From Haliotis rufescens (lineage: Eukaryota): a stretch of 64,000 nt of DNA. The stretch spans positions 1,922,001 to 1,986,000 of the forward strand of contig NW_025964235.1 in the NCBI RefSeq assembly GCF_023055435.1, in the 5' to 3' direction. The notes under the pieces are model-generated. The model saw only the letters and a program-made list of their open reading frames with translations. It searched no databases and had not been told where the DNA came from. Below are positions 25,430 through 39,502 of the stretch, in pieces (position 1 is the first letter of the stretch; each line of letters starts with the position of its first letter). The position numbers and the translations under genes are program-made.

Positions 25430-27560
25430 ACGAAGCTCGGGTCCTCGTTCGCTGCTCTCGCTATACATCTATTAGGTCTCAATTTCCATGTTAAATTTCT
25501 AAGCGCCTGCCAACTTAAACCATTAACCTGTGTAAGCTGCATCTAAATTGTGTTAATGATATTCTGCATTTTCTTATATTTACATCAGTTAAATATTTTT
25601 CTGCGCATATTTGCTTTTTAAAATATCTATAATATTCGCATTTGCTAGAAACATCTACAGTAGATCTCCATGTTTGAGAGTACATGTCAAAAAGCGTCTG
25701 CCTTATTTTCGATATGAACACGGCATGATTCTCTACGAAACATTGGTTGTCCCAGATGTAACCATACCCACATTTATACAGTAGACATTTAACATTGTAT
25801 GCCCAATTTTGATCTCCATTCTTTTCATACAATAGCATCATAATATAACATGTTTTTGGCAATCTACTTACTGGCATTTTTAGTAATTTTAACCAATATC
25901 TTATGATTTTTAAGTAGTGATATATATACAAGGGCATGCTACCACATTCACCATAAACCATTACGTTAGACGTACTATGTTTAACACCAAGAAATCTTTT
26001 GCATGCGTATAAATGTACGGATTCAATTTCTTTGGCCTCTGCAAAACTCCATATTTCCGAACCATAGGAAAGAATAGGAGCTATTTTTGTGTCAAACATT
26101 TTGAAGAAAGAAATATAAGCACATTCGCTAATATGTTCAAACGTTTGTAAAATTCCCAATAGCATCTTTTTAGCTTGGATTGCTACATTGCTGGTCGGTT
26201 CCATGGTAATTTACTTGAAAATATTACACCAAGATATTTATATGAGGTTTCAGTTTGAAGAAATTGTCCCCGAAAGTACCACTTTTCTTTTTTTGACAGC
26301 GTATTTCCTTTGCTAAATACAACAATTTTTGTCTTATCTAGATTAACATTAAGTTTCCACGTATCATAGTACAATTCTAGCCGATTTATCAAAGTTTGCA
26401 AACCTTTTACAGTACTTGAGAATATGATTATATCATCTGCAAATAGTAACATAAACATTTTTTATAAGTTCAGGATGTAATTGTATACCATCATCAAAAT
26501 TTCTTTTGATTTGGGCTGCAAGCTCATTAATAAAAAAAAACAGAACAAAAAAGGGCTTAATAAACATCCTTGGCGTACACCAGTATGGCAGATAAAAGAA
26601 TCTGAATACATACCGTTTTGTTTAACACATGATTTAACTTCCTTATAAATACCACATAACAATTTACCCAATTTATTACTGACACCATGTGAATTAAATA
26701 GATACCATAACTTATCTCTACAGACTGAATCGAATGCTTTAGAAAAGTCTACAAATATAGCGTACAATTTTCCACGTTTACGTTGAATATACCTATCTAT
26801 AAGAGCCTGGAGGATAAACATATCATCAGTGGTTGAATAACCTTGTTGGAAACCCGCTTGCTCTTCCTCAATCTTATCAAGTGTTTCCGACCACAATACC
26901 AAGCGTTTATTAACAATGCTAAGAAATATCTTACTGAATATACTGGTAAGTGTAATCCCCCTGTAATTGTCAACATCTGTCACTGAGCCTTTTTTGTGAA
27001 TTGGAACCTTTTGGAAAGTAAGAGGTATCCATTATTGTATTAAAAATATTTCCAAATACGACAGGGTATTATCAAGAGAGTATTTAAAGAAATCTGTTAT
27101 AAGTCTATCAAATCGAGGGCTTTTCAAGTTTTTCAGATTTTGAATAGCAGATTTAATTTCTTCTTTTGAGATTGGGAAATCTAATATTTCCGTTGCGAAA
27201 TTGGTTTCATCATTATCAAAAGAGTTCAAATGGAAGTTATTTGTGGAATCATCACCCTGAAAAGATTTTTGAAGTAGTTAAACCACTCATGCATTTCTAT
27301 GTTACTTTTAGTTTCCTTCTCTTTGCTGATGCTTTTCAAGGTCGTCAAAATCTGTTTTGATGAGCTGATACTTTCTTCTAGTTTTTTTCTGCTTCTATCC
27401 ATGAAATTTTGTTTCTTTTTTCTGCAAGAAGCTTTATAATTATTTTTCGAATCAGTGTACTTAGCAAGTGAGTCTTTATCCTTTAATTTCCTGAAATTGT
27501 TTAAGAGAGTGCATCTTTCCTTCTTTAACAACTCACATTCCCAGTCAAACCACTGTTTAC
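25430..27560 (-). mobile_element. Decayed non-LTR retrotransposon ORF2 (reverse transcriptase; probably RTEX-like)
   Basis: Frameshifted ORFs with NYRGITL, EEQAGF, FVDFSKAFDSV, GVRQGCLLSPFLF, LLFADD, YKYLG, LSYGSEIW, VYGECG. Confidence 0.93.
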
Positions 27561-30353
27561 TTTCTCTGTTAGGGGTTCACTTTACTTTTTCATTACATTC
27601 TATCCTCTACCTCTATCCCATATAAAACATAAGCGTCAATTACCACTCTCCCATACATATGAATCCTGTCTGTTCTGGGATGTTGGAATACCCCTATGGT
27701 TAAAGCGCTGGCTTGTCACGCCTAAGACCTGGCTTCGTTGTTTCCATGGATACCATGTGAAGACAAGTTATTCTTAATGTACCACATGATATTGCTTGAA
27801 ATATGCTACCATGTCGATGTCGTCTGAATCAGCATAAAAGTGGTCCCATTCCAGGACGCCAGGAATTTGGGATTCTCAGAAACAGGTTGGACAGTGGACA
27901 GAGGGCGTATCACAATACATGGTGCTTGGAACTGGGTGCTTCTAACACTAGGTGTGATTGTCAGATGCCTAACCGTCACATGTCATCAACATCGGCGATC
28001 ATGTCTTGTCTCGGTCACACAGACACTACCAGACGCCACTGTTGTAGCACGACACATTTCATAAAACTTCTGTAAGTGTTAAATATAATGTGTGCCCTGC
28101 CGATGACTGCGTAACCCTGGCAACAGTGCCCTCCGGTCTGTGAGCGTTGTGCGGGAGCCATACATCATCTGTAGTGTAACAGCGAGATGACCAGGGCCTG
28201 ACCTCGGCCATCACATCACCGTCACTGACCAGACGGCCGCAAAGCAACAATTAAAAAAATTATCAGTGTTGACCTGGTGTTTGAGTCAACATCTGCCACT
28301 CCAGTCAGTAGCGCACAGCGTTCCCCTCCCATCTCCCCCTCCCCTCATGTTCCGCTAGCAATGGTACATCAGTCAGTAGCGCACAGCATCCCCCTCTAAC
28401 TCGTGTTCCCTAGTCCTGCACCATTTTAAGGTATTTTTTTTACTAAAAGCCTAGGCAAGTTTAGATCAAACCAAGTCTAGTTTGCTTGATGACAGCAGAA
28501 GAGGAAAGGTTCTTCCGAATTTAAAAAAATATATTATTTCAAAGACATATTTCCATCGACTAAGTGTTAGTCTACGTATTCCCGTACTCCATCACTGGGT
28601 GAGTAGCACACTTTCTCCGCTAGATACAAGCTGATAGATGTTGCACTGAATCATGTTCAAGGGCGGATCCAGCATTTGTACAAGGGAGGGGTCCAACATA
28701 TCAAAAAACTCTCTGCCTACAACATACTACATTTGGTTCTCACCCCCCCCCCCCCCCCCCCCCCCCCCCCACCCCCCGATATATGGGCTTTGATCTGTAG
28801 CACATAAATATAAAAGAAGAGACACGAGAAGCTAAACGATTTTAATCAAGAATCAAGAATCAAGAATCAAGAATTTTTATTGTACGGAACACCCTCGTAG
28901 GGCAGGGTACAAACTAACTACATATGGAATAAATATAACTATCACTTTATAATCACTTTAATTGATATTGTTAATTATATATTAATAAGCTCCGGTATAT
29001 GTAGGTACAGCGATGAGGTGACCGCGATCTCAGGTCAGCCCATCCTGTTTTCACGCAGCTGAAAATGGGAATGTTTCCTATCTTAGATAACGGAGCTGTC
29101 ACGGGCCTACACATGACCCAACTGCCAGTCACGGATCGCAGCCCGCCTGTTGCGTGACGGCGTTAGGGTCGGAGGGCGATGGGCCGGAACGCCGGATGAC
29201 CTGGGTCACTCATGTCCCCATCGTTCACCCCCGGCTGACCGCGACGTTATTACGCTGGGCTGAACACGCTTTTCAACTTTTATGACATATTGGCAAACGT
29301 TAATCCTTCTGGAACCATTAAAGTCCGATTGAAGGTGAGTGTTTGTGCCTCGATCTGGGGAGATCGTCATCGCGGCGAGGTGCTGAAAGAGCGGGCGAAT
29401 TCCTCTCTTGTTTAAAGTTCACCGTCAGTTTGGTTGTAACAAAGCGCATGTGAACAAATAGCGGCATGAACTTTGTAAGAAGTGGGTTTTCATGCATTGA
29501 AGAAGTCCCCGGTAGGATCCCCGAACACAAACTTTGCATATTATACAGAACCTCACACGGCATTAATGCAAAGTTGTTTATATTCAGCTAATTCAATTCA
29601 ATACCATCTAAATTATACCATGCATAAATCAAAATCACTGATCCTCGATGGCGACAATTGGAGAGCTAGTTGTTCGCCTGGCCTTGTCTGACCCGTCTTG
29701 TGCAATACTTACAAATCACGAGAGGCTTCCCACGGTACCGTATCTGTTTGGACATGCGCAATATGGCCTCATCCTATGCAAATTAGTTGGTTCACCGTGT
29801 GGTCAGTGGGTCGCGGCGGGTCTTTGTTCCCTCGTGCTAATTACGCAACCATGCAGCTGATACGGAAATGGGCGTGTTCGGGGGTGCGGGTGGAGGTCGG
29901 GGGGAGGGGGGAGAGACCGCTGGGTGGGGATGTCCCTAACTCGACCCCCCTCTGGCCTTACCCCCGGGTTGGACGGGACACTGGCGGGATGCATGTGTTT
30001 ATAAAGTATTGTAGAAGCTCTCACCAAGAAAATGTTCTTGTTATAAATACAACCATATTCTGGTAATGGTGTGATAACACCAAATATTGATTGATCGTGT
30101 AACCTTAGTTACTTAATAGCCGTAAGCCGCTTCCCACATCCCGCATCCCCCGTCACAAGTGGGACTTGGGCAACAACGGCCGAGCAACTCGTACATGCCG
30201 TGGAGCCCCCAAATTAGTCTCTCTTACTGTATACTATGAACTTTATTAAACAATCACCCCATTGTTCTTAGCTATGTAGCATTCCATTCTCTGATATTAG
30301 GTATACAACTCGAAACAAGTTTAAGATCTCCCACAATTGGAAGGATGTGTGTT

Positions 30354-30697
30354 GCAATACCCACCAGCCACGACAGAGTGCAATACCCACCAGCCACGAC
30401 AGAGTGCAATACCCACCAGCCACGACAGAGTGCAATACCCACCAGCCACGACAGAGTGCAATACCCACCTGCCACGACAGAGTGCAATACCCACCAGCCA
30501 CGACAGAGTGCAATACCCACCTGCCACGACAGAGTGCAATACCCACCAGCCACGACAGAGTGCAATACCCACCAGCCACGACAGAGTGCAATACCCACCA
30601 GCCACGACAGAGTGCAATACCCACCAGCCACGACAGAGTGCAATACCTACCCACCAGCCACGACAGAGTGCAATACCTACCCACCAGCCACGACAGA
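30354..30697. repeat. 26-bp minisatellite
   Basis: Unit GCAATACCCACCAGCCACGACAGAGT. Confidence 0.97.
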
Positions 30698-31751
30698 TTA
30701 ACTATATTCGCATGAAAAATAGTCAGTGTTCTTTAACTTCTCTTGAGTATCATATATTAATCGACTTAAGGTGTCCTTTTATACTCAAGGGTTCCTTTAC
30801 AGAATTATTTATATTAAACGTTTTACATGATTATATTTTCTAATATGAACAAAATGGCTGTATGTCCGTCCACCCTAAAGGTCCAGCTTTGTTTGAGGTT
30901 AAGGTCACTGTGACCCAAACCACGTGACATTTGGGTCGAGTGATACAAAATACACGGTTTTATTGCGCAAACGTGCCACGTAGAAATAGTGACAATTTTC
31001 AATAAACTATGTAAAATATAAGTCAGGATAACTATTCAAAGTACCAAAACAAGATATTATGTTATGACCTTGCATTTTCTATCGTATGTATTTCAGATTT
31101 TACATGATAGCAGATTAGTTCTGTGTTACCTGGTTCATTATTTGAAAGAGGTAGACTAAATATTTCTGTGATGTTAAGGCTTTGAAAATAATTATGTTTT
31201 TAAGAAAAGAGAATTAAACAGGGAGTGCCTTACACCTGAATATTTACTACAAGACATCAGATAGTGTTCTTCATCTTCAAGGACTGAGCAGTGATGATCA
31301 CAGTGGCGTTCGTCCAAAGGTGAAGGTGGTCTTGTTAGGTGGTTCAGTGTTAGTCTGTGATCGATGTCTTAGCTTGGGGAAGTGGGTACGGTGGTTTTTT
31401 TTATATCTTGCAGTGTTCAAGTTTAATTTCTGATTCAAATTTTCTATATGTTCTTGGTATGTTTCTTGAATTCAATTTATTGGGTTTATCTCGAAGAGAT
31501 AAGTGGATTATTTCTGTACATTTTGATTGTTGGTCCTTAATAACAGAGGAAAAGATTTTTTTCTAGGAGGCATGTGAATTTATAGTACTGTCCAATGTTA
31601 TGTTTGGCCATTGATCATTAAAAGTATGTTTTTAAACAATATTGGGAATTGAACAATCGATTGAATTACCTTTACGTGTAAGTGTAGTGTAAGCATGCAT
31701 TGCGCATGACCAAGATGTTGTTGCGGTGCAGTTTGTTGTGTGACAAAGACG

Positions 31752-32227
31752 TCACCAGCGCACATTACCAGTGGAGGTTACCAGCGGAAATGCACATCAC
31801 CAGCGGACATGCACATCACCAGCGGACATGCACATCACCAGCGGACATGCACATCACCAGCGGACATGCACGTTACCAGCGGACATGCACATCACCAGCG
31901 GACATGCACATCACCAGCGGACATGCACGTTACCAGCGGACATGCACATCACCAGCGGACATGCACATCACCAGCGGACATGCACATCACCAGCGGACAT
32001 GCACGTTACCAGCGGACATGCACATCACCAGCCGACATGCATATCACCAGCGGACATGCACATCACCAGCGGACATGCACATCACCAGCGGACATGCACG
32101 TTACCAGCGGACATGCACATCACCAGCGGACATGCACATCACCAGCGGACATGCACGTTACCAGCGGACATGCACGTTACCAGCGGACATGCACATCACC
32201 AGCGGACATGCACAACACCAGCGGACG
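31752..32227. repeat. 19-bp minisatellite
   Basis: Unit CATCACCAGCGGACATGCA with CGTTA variant. Confidence 0.97.
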
Positions 32228-33339
32228 TGGGTGAAGGGAGAAGAGGTGTGTGTCGTTTATTACAGCTACACTCAATGGTACGCTGTTTACCTGTTGTCAT
32301 GACAACACACCATGCACGTGGCCTGGGCCCTAAGGGAGTTGCAGCAAGTCTTGCGTTCGATTTCAAACCCCTGCACGGCCCAGGTGAACCCTGATTGACC
32401 ATGGTATAACCCAAGTTAACCTATGTTTACAACGTTAGCCCATGTTAACTGATTTACGTCCTACTTTGGTTGACCTGAATTGTCTATACTGAACCCCTGG
32501 GGTGCGGTGCTCGGGGCAGCAGCCCCCATCTGACGTCATCGCTCAAAGTAATTAGTTTCGTATATTTATTCAGCCATTATAAAAAAGAAAGTATTGACAG
32601 TATATATCATAGGCGGATCCAGGGGGGTATATATATATATATATGTATTTCTATATACCTGTATGTGTCAGGGACATTTTACATTCGAGTGTTGATATAC
32701 GTACTTTACTATCAATAATGCAACTTTGATGATGATTTGGCATCTGTGTTGATGTTCCACGCGTTAGTGTGAACTTTCTTGTCGTGTACATGCTTCAAAT
32801 AGAAAATATGCAATGGCAACTTCGTCAAGAAATAACTTACTTGTTAACCTCTCAAAGGTGTGTGTTATAGTCATGGAGGTTGTGTTTCTCCCAGTAGATA
32901 GTTTGAATTGCATCTAAGGTTGTGTTTAATGTGTGTTATTTCGGGCACTGCTCTGTTATTCTTGATTAACACTGGATAACTCAAGCTGAGTCTTGTCAAC
33001 CCTGCCAGAATTGTGGTAACCTCGGTAAACTAAGGTCACTCAAATATAGAAAAATCGAAGCATGTAATGTTACATAACTGCACGCGCCGCACCCGCGTTG
33101 GCCGTCAGTTTATCGGTAATGGACGCCAAGTAGCACCAGGCGCGTGGCGTGACGTAACATGACGTAACATGACGGTGTAGTAGATGGAGTTGATAGGTGC
33201 GTTACAGCTGACTCGAACCTGAACTCTTGACCCGTCGCCAGGCTTCACAGGGGATGCACGGTGAAAACTGTAAATACGGAAATGTTGGCCCTACAAGATG
33301 GAGCGTGACGGGTCACCGTGACCAGAATTTGTATACACT

Positions 33340-34160
33340 GTGATATAGATGGTACAGGATAACACAAATAACATATATGTATATACGTAGACTACACTGT
33401 CACACAGATGTGGGATAACACCACATAGGTATAGGATAACACAAATAACATATATGTATATATGTAGACTATACACTGTCACACAGATGTGGGATAACAC
33501 CATATAGGTATAGGATAAAACCACATAGGTATAGGATAACACCACATAGGTATAGGATCACACCACATTTATGTAGGCTACACTGTCATTTAGATGGATA
33601 ACACCACATAGGTTTAGGATAACACCATATAGGTAGAGGATAACACAACATAGATCCGGGATCTTGGGTTTCACCAGCATGGCAAACCTCTCATGGTCAC
33701 ATAAATAGTATTTTTAATGATTTGAATTTAAAGTAAAATGAAACCTTAACAAAACACTGACTTTTGGAAATACAGCTATGAACAAGCTGACCCGTGAAGA
33801 TCCGGGGTAGAATAGGTCTTCAGTTACCCATTCTTGACGTCAGAGGTGTCTATGCTTGTCGTAAGAGGCGATTAACGGGATCGGGTGGTCAGGCTTGCTG
33901 TTTTGGTTGATGTATGTCATCGTATCTCAATAGCGTTGATCGATGCTCATGATGTCAATCATTGGATTGTCTGGTCCAGACTCGATTATTTACATACCGC
34001 CGTCATATAGCTGGAATAGTGCGGAGTGTGGCGTTAAACAACAAACCAACAAACAAACAAAAGGTACAGGATAACACCACACATATGTAGGCTGTACTGT
34101 CACATAGATGTGGGATAACATATATACATGGGAAACACTGTGACATAGATGTAAGGATAC
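33340..34160. repeat. Degenerate GGATAACACCACATAGGTATA tandem repeat interrupted by an insertion at ~33652-34061
   Basis: Same motif on both sides of the insertion. Confidence 0.75.
33789..34061 (+). mobile_element. SINE-like repeat (family C)
   Basis: Homologous to 24462-24725. Confidence 0.85.
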
Positions 34161-34727
34161 ATTGCCCTCCGACATACAGGCGTCAGACGGCACTGCCTAG
34201 CCGAATCCACACAAGCCACGTGGTTTCAGGGCGCGTGCAAGTGTAAACTCATGTGGTGATATCACAACACATATACTCTTCTACCCAATACGAATGAATG
34301 CACCCCCACCTTTTCCAATAACCCGAAACCGCCCTTGTCGATGACTTTGCCGTACGCTTTATGATCCAAAACGAGTGCTTCACACACACTCTGCCCATGA
34401 CAGACATTTTTTCAACTTGGTTCACGAATCCGTCGACTCTAACAAATTGAAATGTTAAAAAAAAATTGAAAGCAGCGTTTTTCATTCCGCCCATCAGAAA
34501 TAAGTAAAATGGGTTTTTAAAAAAAAATACTCATTTAAGGTCGCGCTCAATATAATTTGAAGGGCATCCTGCCTGCGGGGATGTGACGGGTGTGGTTGTC
34601 TTGTCTGAACAGATTTGCCATCCGCTTCTTTCAGTGTCACGTCCTAGGTGGGTTCATGTAGAGTCATCTCCCCTTTAAAGCTCTTCTCGCGTGAAACCAG
34701 TGTTTTTAAGAAAAAGGAAGCGCCAAG

Positions 34728-34843
34728 ATGAAACTGAAGCCGAAAGATGGAGAGAGCTGCCCCGATAAAGTAGAAATAAAAAGGCTATGGGAACTGAATT
34801 GTAAAGAAAGTTTCAATGTGATATGTGTTGGCGCTCTGTTCAG
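34728..34843 (+). CDS. Uncharacterised beta-propeller (WD40/FG-GAP-like) protein, exon 1 of 7
   Basis: GCGCCAAGATG start; MKLKPKDGESCPDKVEIKRLWELNCKESFNVICVGALF; AG|GTAATG phase-2 donor fits exon 2. Confidence 0.75.
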
Positions 34844-34993
34844 GTAATGACAAATGCGTTTTATACTACAGAAGAGCAGTCTGTCAATATAATTAGGCAA
34901 ACATGGCACCGGTTAAGCACAGACTGACATTGCCGAGTGACAACATGTAATATCAGTCGATGGTGAATGCTTACTGGTTCACTTCTCTTGCAG

Positions 34994-35090
34994 ACAGAAT
35001 GGCATGGCTGTGGTGACAGGGGGAGAGGATGCGATTGTGCGATGCTACAACCTGACACCATCAGGGAGCCTGGCTTCCCTTGTCCCACAG
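34994..35090 (+). CDS. Beta-propeller protein exon 2
   Basis: CTTCTCTTGCAG acceptor; QNGMAVVTGGEDAIVRCYNL (WD40-like); CAG|GTAGGC donor. Confidence 0.82.
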
Positions 35091-36915
35091 GTAGGCAAAC
35101 CCTGAACCTTTGTAAGATCACATCAGCCGACAGGGTTCGTGGCCATCTCTATTCCATTCAAAGTTGTCCTTGAGGGTATTCCTATGCGGAATACGCCCCA
35201 GTATGCTTGTCATAAAGGGATTTGACGTCGACCGTTCTGAAGGTTTGTTTCTAAAGAATAACTCCTGAGCTTACTCTGTCGGTTCTGCTAGCCTTATTCA
35301 GGTTCTGCGAGCACCTTTAGAATACAGTACCACAGCTAACCGACTGAGCTATGTCCACACTGTGAAACAAAGTGCAATTACAAGAAAAACGAAATAAAAA
35401 ATATATAAAAAATGAAAGTGCTTTTGTAAACTATAGCACTGGGTGTATTCAATGACATTGTGTGTAGAGATGATAGATCACTGGGATGAGCTTATGCACA
35501 CTCAGTGACCCCTGACGTCACAGGGCATTAATTCGCTGGTGTGACTGGCAACAAAATACTACAAATTACGTCATGGGGTATTGTCACGTGTTTGAAAAGT
35601 TAGTGGTACTGGATTCTAAAGGTAGGCCTGTTTCTGCTCCAGGGAGCACACTGCGGGTGTAGACTTATCCTGTGACCGGACTTTTCTCTTGTTTGTAAAC
35701 AAACACACTTATTCTGAAATAACAACTGGGTCTAATGCAAGCCTTTCGGTGAGCTTTACATATTGTTTTGCATACTACAACAACTGCAACAGTGAGGTGT
35801 ATGACTATAGCTTCACACATCCAAGTAACCATATAACTAGCTCTCTGTAGGGTCATAATGACCACATATTTTTTTCTAAATGTGGAGACTCGTCCTAAAA
35901 TGAAACAAAAGGAAAATACATGAATGAAGTGTGTAAGATGTGACGATGTGTAATAGGCTCAGGGTCTTGTAACACAAAAAATAGCAGCTACACCATCTAT
36001 GGTCACACCCAGTGTCAGTACTATATAAAAGGAAAGGGATGTAATGAAGCCAACTCATCAACTTAGTTCGAGGACGAATTCAACAATGTCCACAGTTAAT
36101 GCCTCTATAAAACTATACACTCATTTCAAGCCAACACATTTAGCTACACAATGAGACATGGATGAAAAAAAAATGAAGCCATACTTTGGGAACAAGTGTC
36201 TTCAGAAGCTCAAAATATCATGATGTTCCAATTCCGAGCCAAAATCCCTGCTTAGACATTGTTCCACCGATTTACTGGTTTTGTTTGTTTATTAGATCGT
36301 GTACACAAATAGCCTGCTCCAAAACATGTTGAATCGATGGCTCCCATCAGTCTGCCCATCGCCATTCTTTCCGCGACACAGAGGCCTGATGGCATAATGA
36401 GTTTATGTTCATTTAATCGTCTTAATAACCCTTTGCCTTTGCCTTGGCACCGCCCACCATAGACGACCTTGGCCTCGACATACCCTGCACTGAAAAATGT
36501 CGCGTCAGACAATTTGAGGAGAAAATTTCTTCGTGGATATTTTATTTATAGCCAATCAGATCACTGGCATTTTTCAGTGCGGGGTATCTCAAGGCCAAGG
36601 TTTAAGGAAAATAAAAGGTGAATTTATCAGTAAATAAACAATTCAGTGGTTTGGTGTCGAATACATTGGCAAGTGGATATAAAAAGTTGGCCCCGTAGGT
36701 TATCTCCCTTTAACTTCTGAATCCCCAGGTTTATTTGTAAATTTTGCTGTTCATTAAGTGTGTTCATATGGAGACTAATATCATGAGTTTGTCAAATGTA
36801 ATTTCAAAAGTTTGTTTGTCACAGGTGTATTAAAATATCCAATGCAACAAGCTACTTTTTGTTGGAGGGTGCCATTTACCTCCCATATAACTTGTTAGCC
36901 TGTGGATGCTTTCAG

Positions 36916-37215
36916 ATTACATTGGAGACCAAGAGTGGGCCCATTCAGACCATGGTTATCCATGACATGACCAAGTTCTATAACAACGACCTGATCGTGG
37001 GCGACTCCCTGGGTGCCCTGACTGTCATCTGTAACCAGCAGATACTGAGTCGACAGAGCGTCTCCCCCAGCAGCATCAGCACCCTCCAGGTGTACCACGA
37101 CACAGCGGGGACATCATCAGTCATCATGTGTAATGACTCGGGGTTGGTATCAGCAGTCCTGCCCTCTAGCGAACAGTGGAGGGTTGATCTCAATAGCACT
37201 GCTGGTGTCCCTGTG
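36916..37215 (+). CDS. Beta-propeller protein exon 3
   Basis: TTTCAG acceptor, 300 nt, ITLETKSGPIQTMVIHDMTKFYNNDLIVGDSLGAL...; GTAAGC donor. Confidence 0.88.
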
Positions 37216-37475
37216 GTAAGCATTAAAACATACACAGGGTTTGACCTTGACTTACTTAACTAGAGGTCCAGGGGACCAGCAACTGTTAATTTCTAGGGTC
37301 CTGTAATGGAATGGTGTAGTGTACTGCCCTGTAAGATTTGATAATTACTCTAATTAACGGATCTTTTTGTTTCTTGACGAGAATTTGGTAAATAAATATT
37401 ATTGTATCCCTCAGGATGTAATATATTATTTTGTTCTGTTTCGTTGTAAACCCTGCATTCAATAGTTGTGTGTGG

Positions 37476-39305
37476 TGTGGCAATAATGTTGGTGTCTCAG
37501 TAATGTTGATGTGGCAATAATGTTGGTGTCTCAGTAATGTTGATGTGGCAGTAATGTTGGTGTCTCAGTAATGTTGATGTGGCAATAATGTTGGTGTCTC
37601 AGTAATGTTGATGTGGCAGTAAGGTTGGTGTCTCAGTAATGTTGATGTGGCAATAATGTTGGTGTCTCAGTAATGTTGATGTGGCAGTAACGTTGGTGTC
37701 TCAGTAATGTTGATGTGGCAATAATGTTGGTGTCTCAGTAATGTTGATGTGGCAGTAAGGTTGGTGTCTCAGTAATGTTGATGTGGCAGTAATGTTGGTG
37801 TCTCAGTAATGTTGACGTGGCAATAATGTTGGTGTCTCAGTAATGTTGATGTGGCAATAATGTTGGTGTCTCAGTAATGTTGATGTGGCAATAATGTTGG
37901 TGTCTCAGTAATGTTAATGTGGCAGTAATGTTGGTGTCTCAGTAATGTTGATGTGGCAGTAAGGTTGGTGTCTCAGTAATGTTGATGTGGCAATAATGTT
38001 GGTGTCTCAGTAATGTTGATGTGGCAGTAAGGTTGGTGTCTCAGTAATGTTGACGTGGCAATAATGTTGGTGTCTCAGTAATGTTGATGTGGCAGTAATG
38101 TTGGTGTCTCAGTAATGTTGATGTGGCAATAATGTTGGTGTCTCAGTAATGTTGATGTGGCAATAATGTTGGTGTCTCAGTAATGTTGATGTGGCAGTAA
38201 TGTTGGTGTCTCAGTAATGTTGATGTGGCAATAATGTTGGTGTCTCAGTAATGTTGATGTGGCAGTAATGTTGGTGTCTCAGTAATGTTGATGTGGCAGT
38301 AAGGTTGGTGTCTCAGTAATGTTGACGTGGCAATAATGTTGGTGTCTCAGTAATGTTGGTGTCTCAGTAATGTTGATGTGGCAATAATGTTGGTGTCTCA
38401 GTAATGTTGATGTGGCAGTAATGTTGGTGTCTCAGTAATGTTGATGTGGCAATAATGTTGGTGTCTCAGTAATGTTGATGTGGCAATAATGTTGGTGTCT
38501 CAGTAATGTTGATGTGGCAGTAATGTTGGTGTCTCAGTAATGTTGATGTGGCAGTAAGGTTGGTGTCTCAGTAATGTTGATGTGGCAGTAATGTTGGTGT
38601 CTCAGTAATGTTGATGTGGCAGTAATGTTGGTGTCTCACTAATGTTGATGTGGCAATAATGTTGGTGTCTCAGTAATGTTGATGTGGCAGAAATGTTGAT
38701 GTCTCAGTAATGTTGATGTGGCAATAATGTTGGTGTCTCAGTAATGTTGATGTGGCAATAATGTTGGTGTCTCAGTAATGTTGATGTGGCAGTAATGTTG
38801 GTGTCTCAGTAATGTTGATGTGGCAATAATGTTGGTGTCTCAGTAATGTTGATGTGGCAATAATGTTGGTGTCTCAGTAATGTTGATGTGGCAATAATGT
38901 TGGTGTCTCAGTAATGTTGATGTGGCAGTAATGTTGGTGTCTCACTAATGTTGATGTGGCAGTAATGTTGGTGTCTCACTAATGTTGATGTGGCAGTAAT
39001 GTTGGTGTCTCAGTAATGTTGATGTGGCAATAATGTTGGTGTCTCAGTAATGTTGATGTGGCAATAATGTTGGTGTCTCAGTAATGTTGATGTGGCAATA
39101 ATGTTGGTGTCTCAGTAATGTTGATGTGGCAATAATGTTGGTGTCTCAGTAATGTTGATGTGGCAGTAATGTTGGTGTCTCAGTAATGTTGATGTGGCAA
39201 TAATGTTGGTGTCTCAGTAATGTTGATGTGGCAGTAATGTTGGTGTCTCAGTAATGTTGATGTGGCAATAATGTTGGTGTCTCAGTAATGTTGATGTGGC
39301 AGTGA
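37476..39305. repeat. 34-bp intronic minisatellite (~54 copies)
   Basis: Unit GGCA(A/G)TAATGTTGGTGTCTCAGTAATGTTGATGT. Confidence 0.98.
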
Positions 39306-39315
39306 TGTTTCACAG

Positions 39316-39483
39316 AGTTCAGTCTCCCCTCTGGCGGTGACGTCGCTGCTGACAGCGGAGCTGGTGGACCAGCAGGGCCGGGAGTGTAACTACGTCCTGG
39401 TGGCTGACAATGCCTGTCACATCTTCATCCTGAACCAGGGCGTGGTCATCATGGTGCTCACTGCACCAGCACCAGTCACCGCT
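39316..39483 (+). CDS. Beta-propeller protein exon 4
   Basis: CACAG acceptor, 168 nt, SSVSPLAVTSLL...YVLVADNACHIFIL...PAPVTA; GTGAGT donor. Confidence 0.85.
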
Positions 39484-39502
39484 GTGAGTAACATACTCCA
39501 CC

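Noticed and set aside
30268-32394. Cys/His-rich ORFs in all frames
   Set aside because: Arise from the 26- and 19-bp minisatellites.
34903-34946. Alternative first exon MAPVKHRLTLPSDN for the propeller gene
   Set aside because: Needs a 47-nt intron with a weak donor; 34728-34843 has a better donor and start context.
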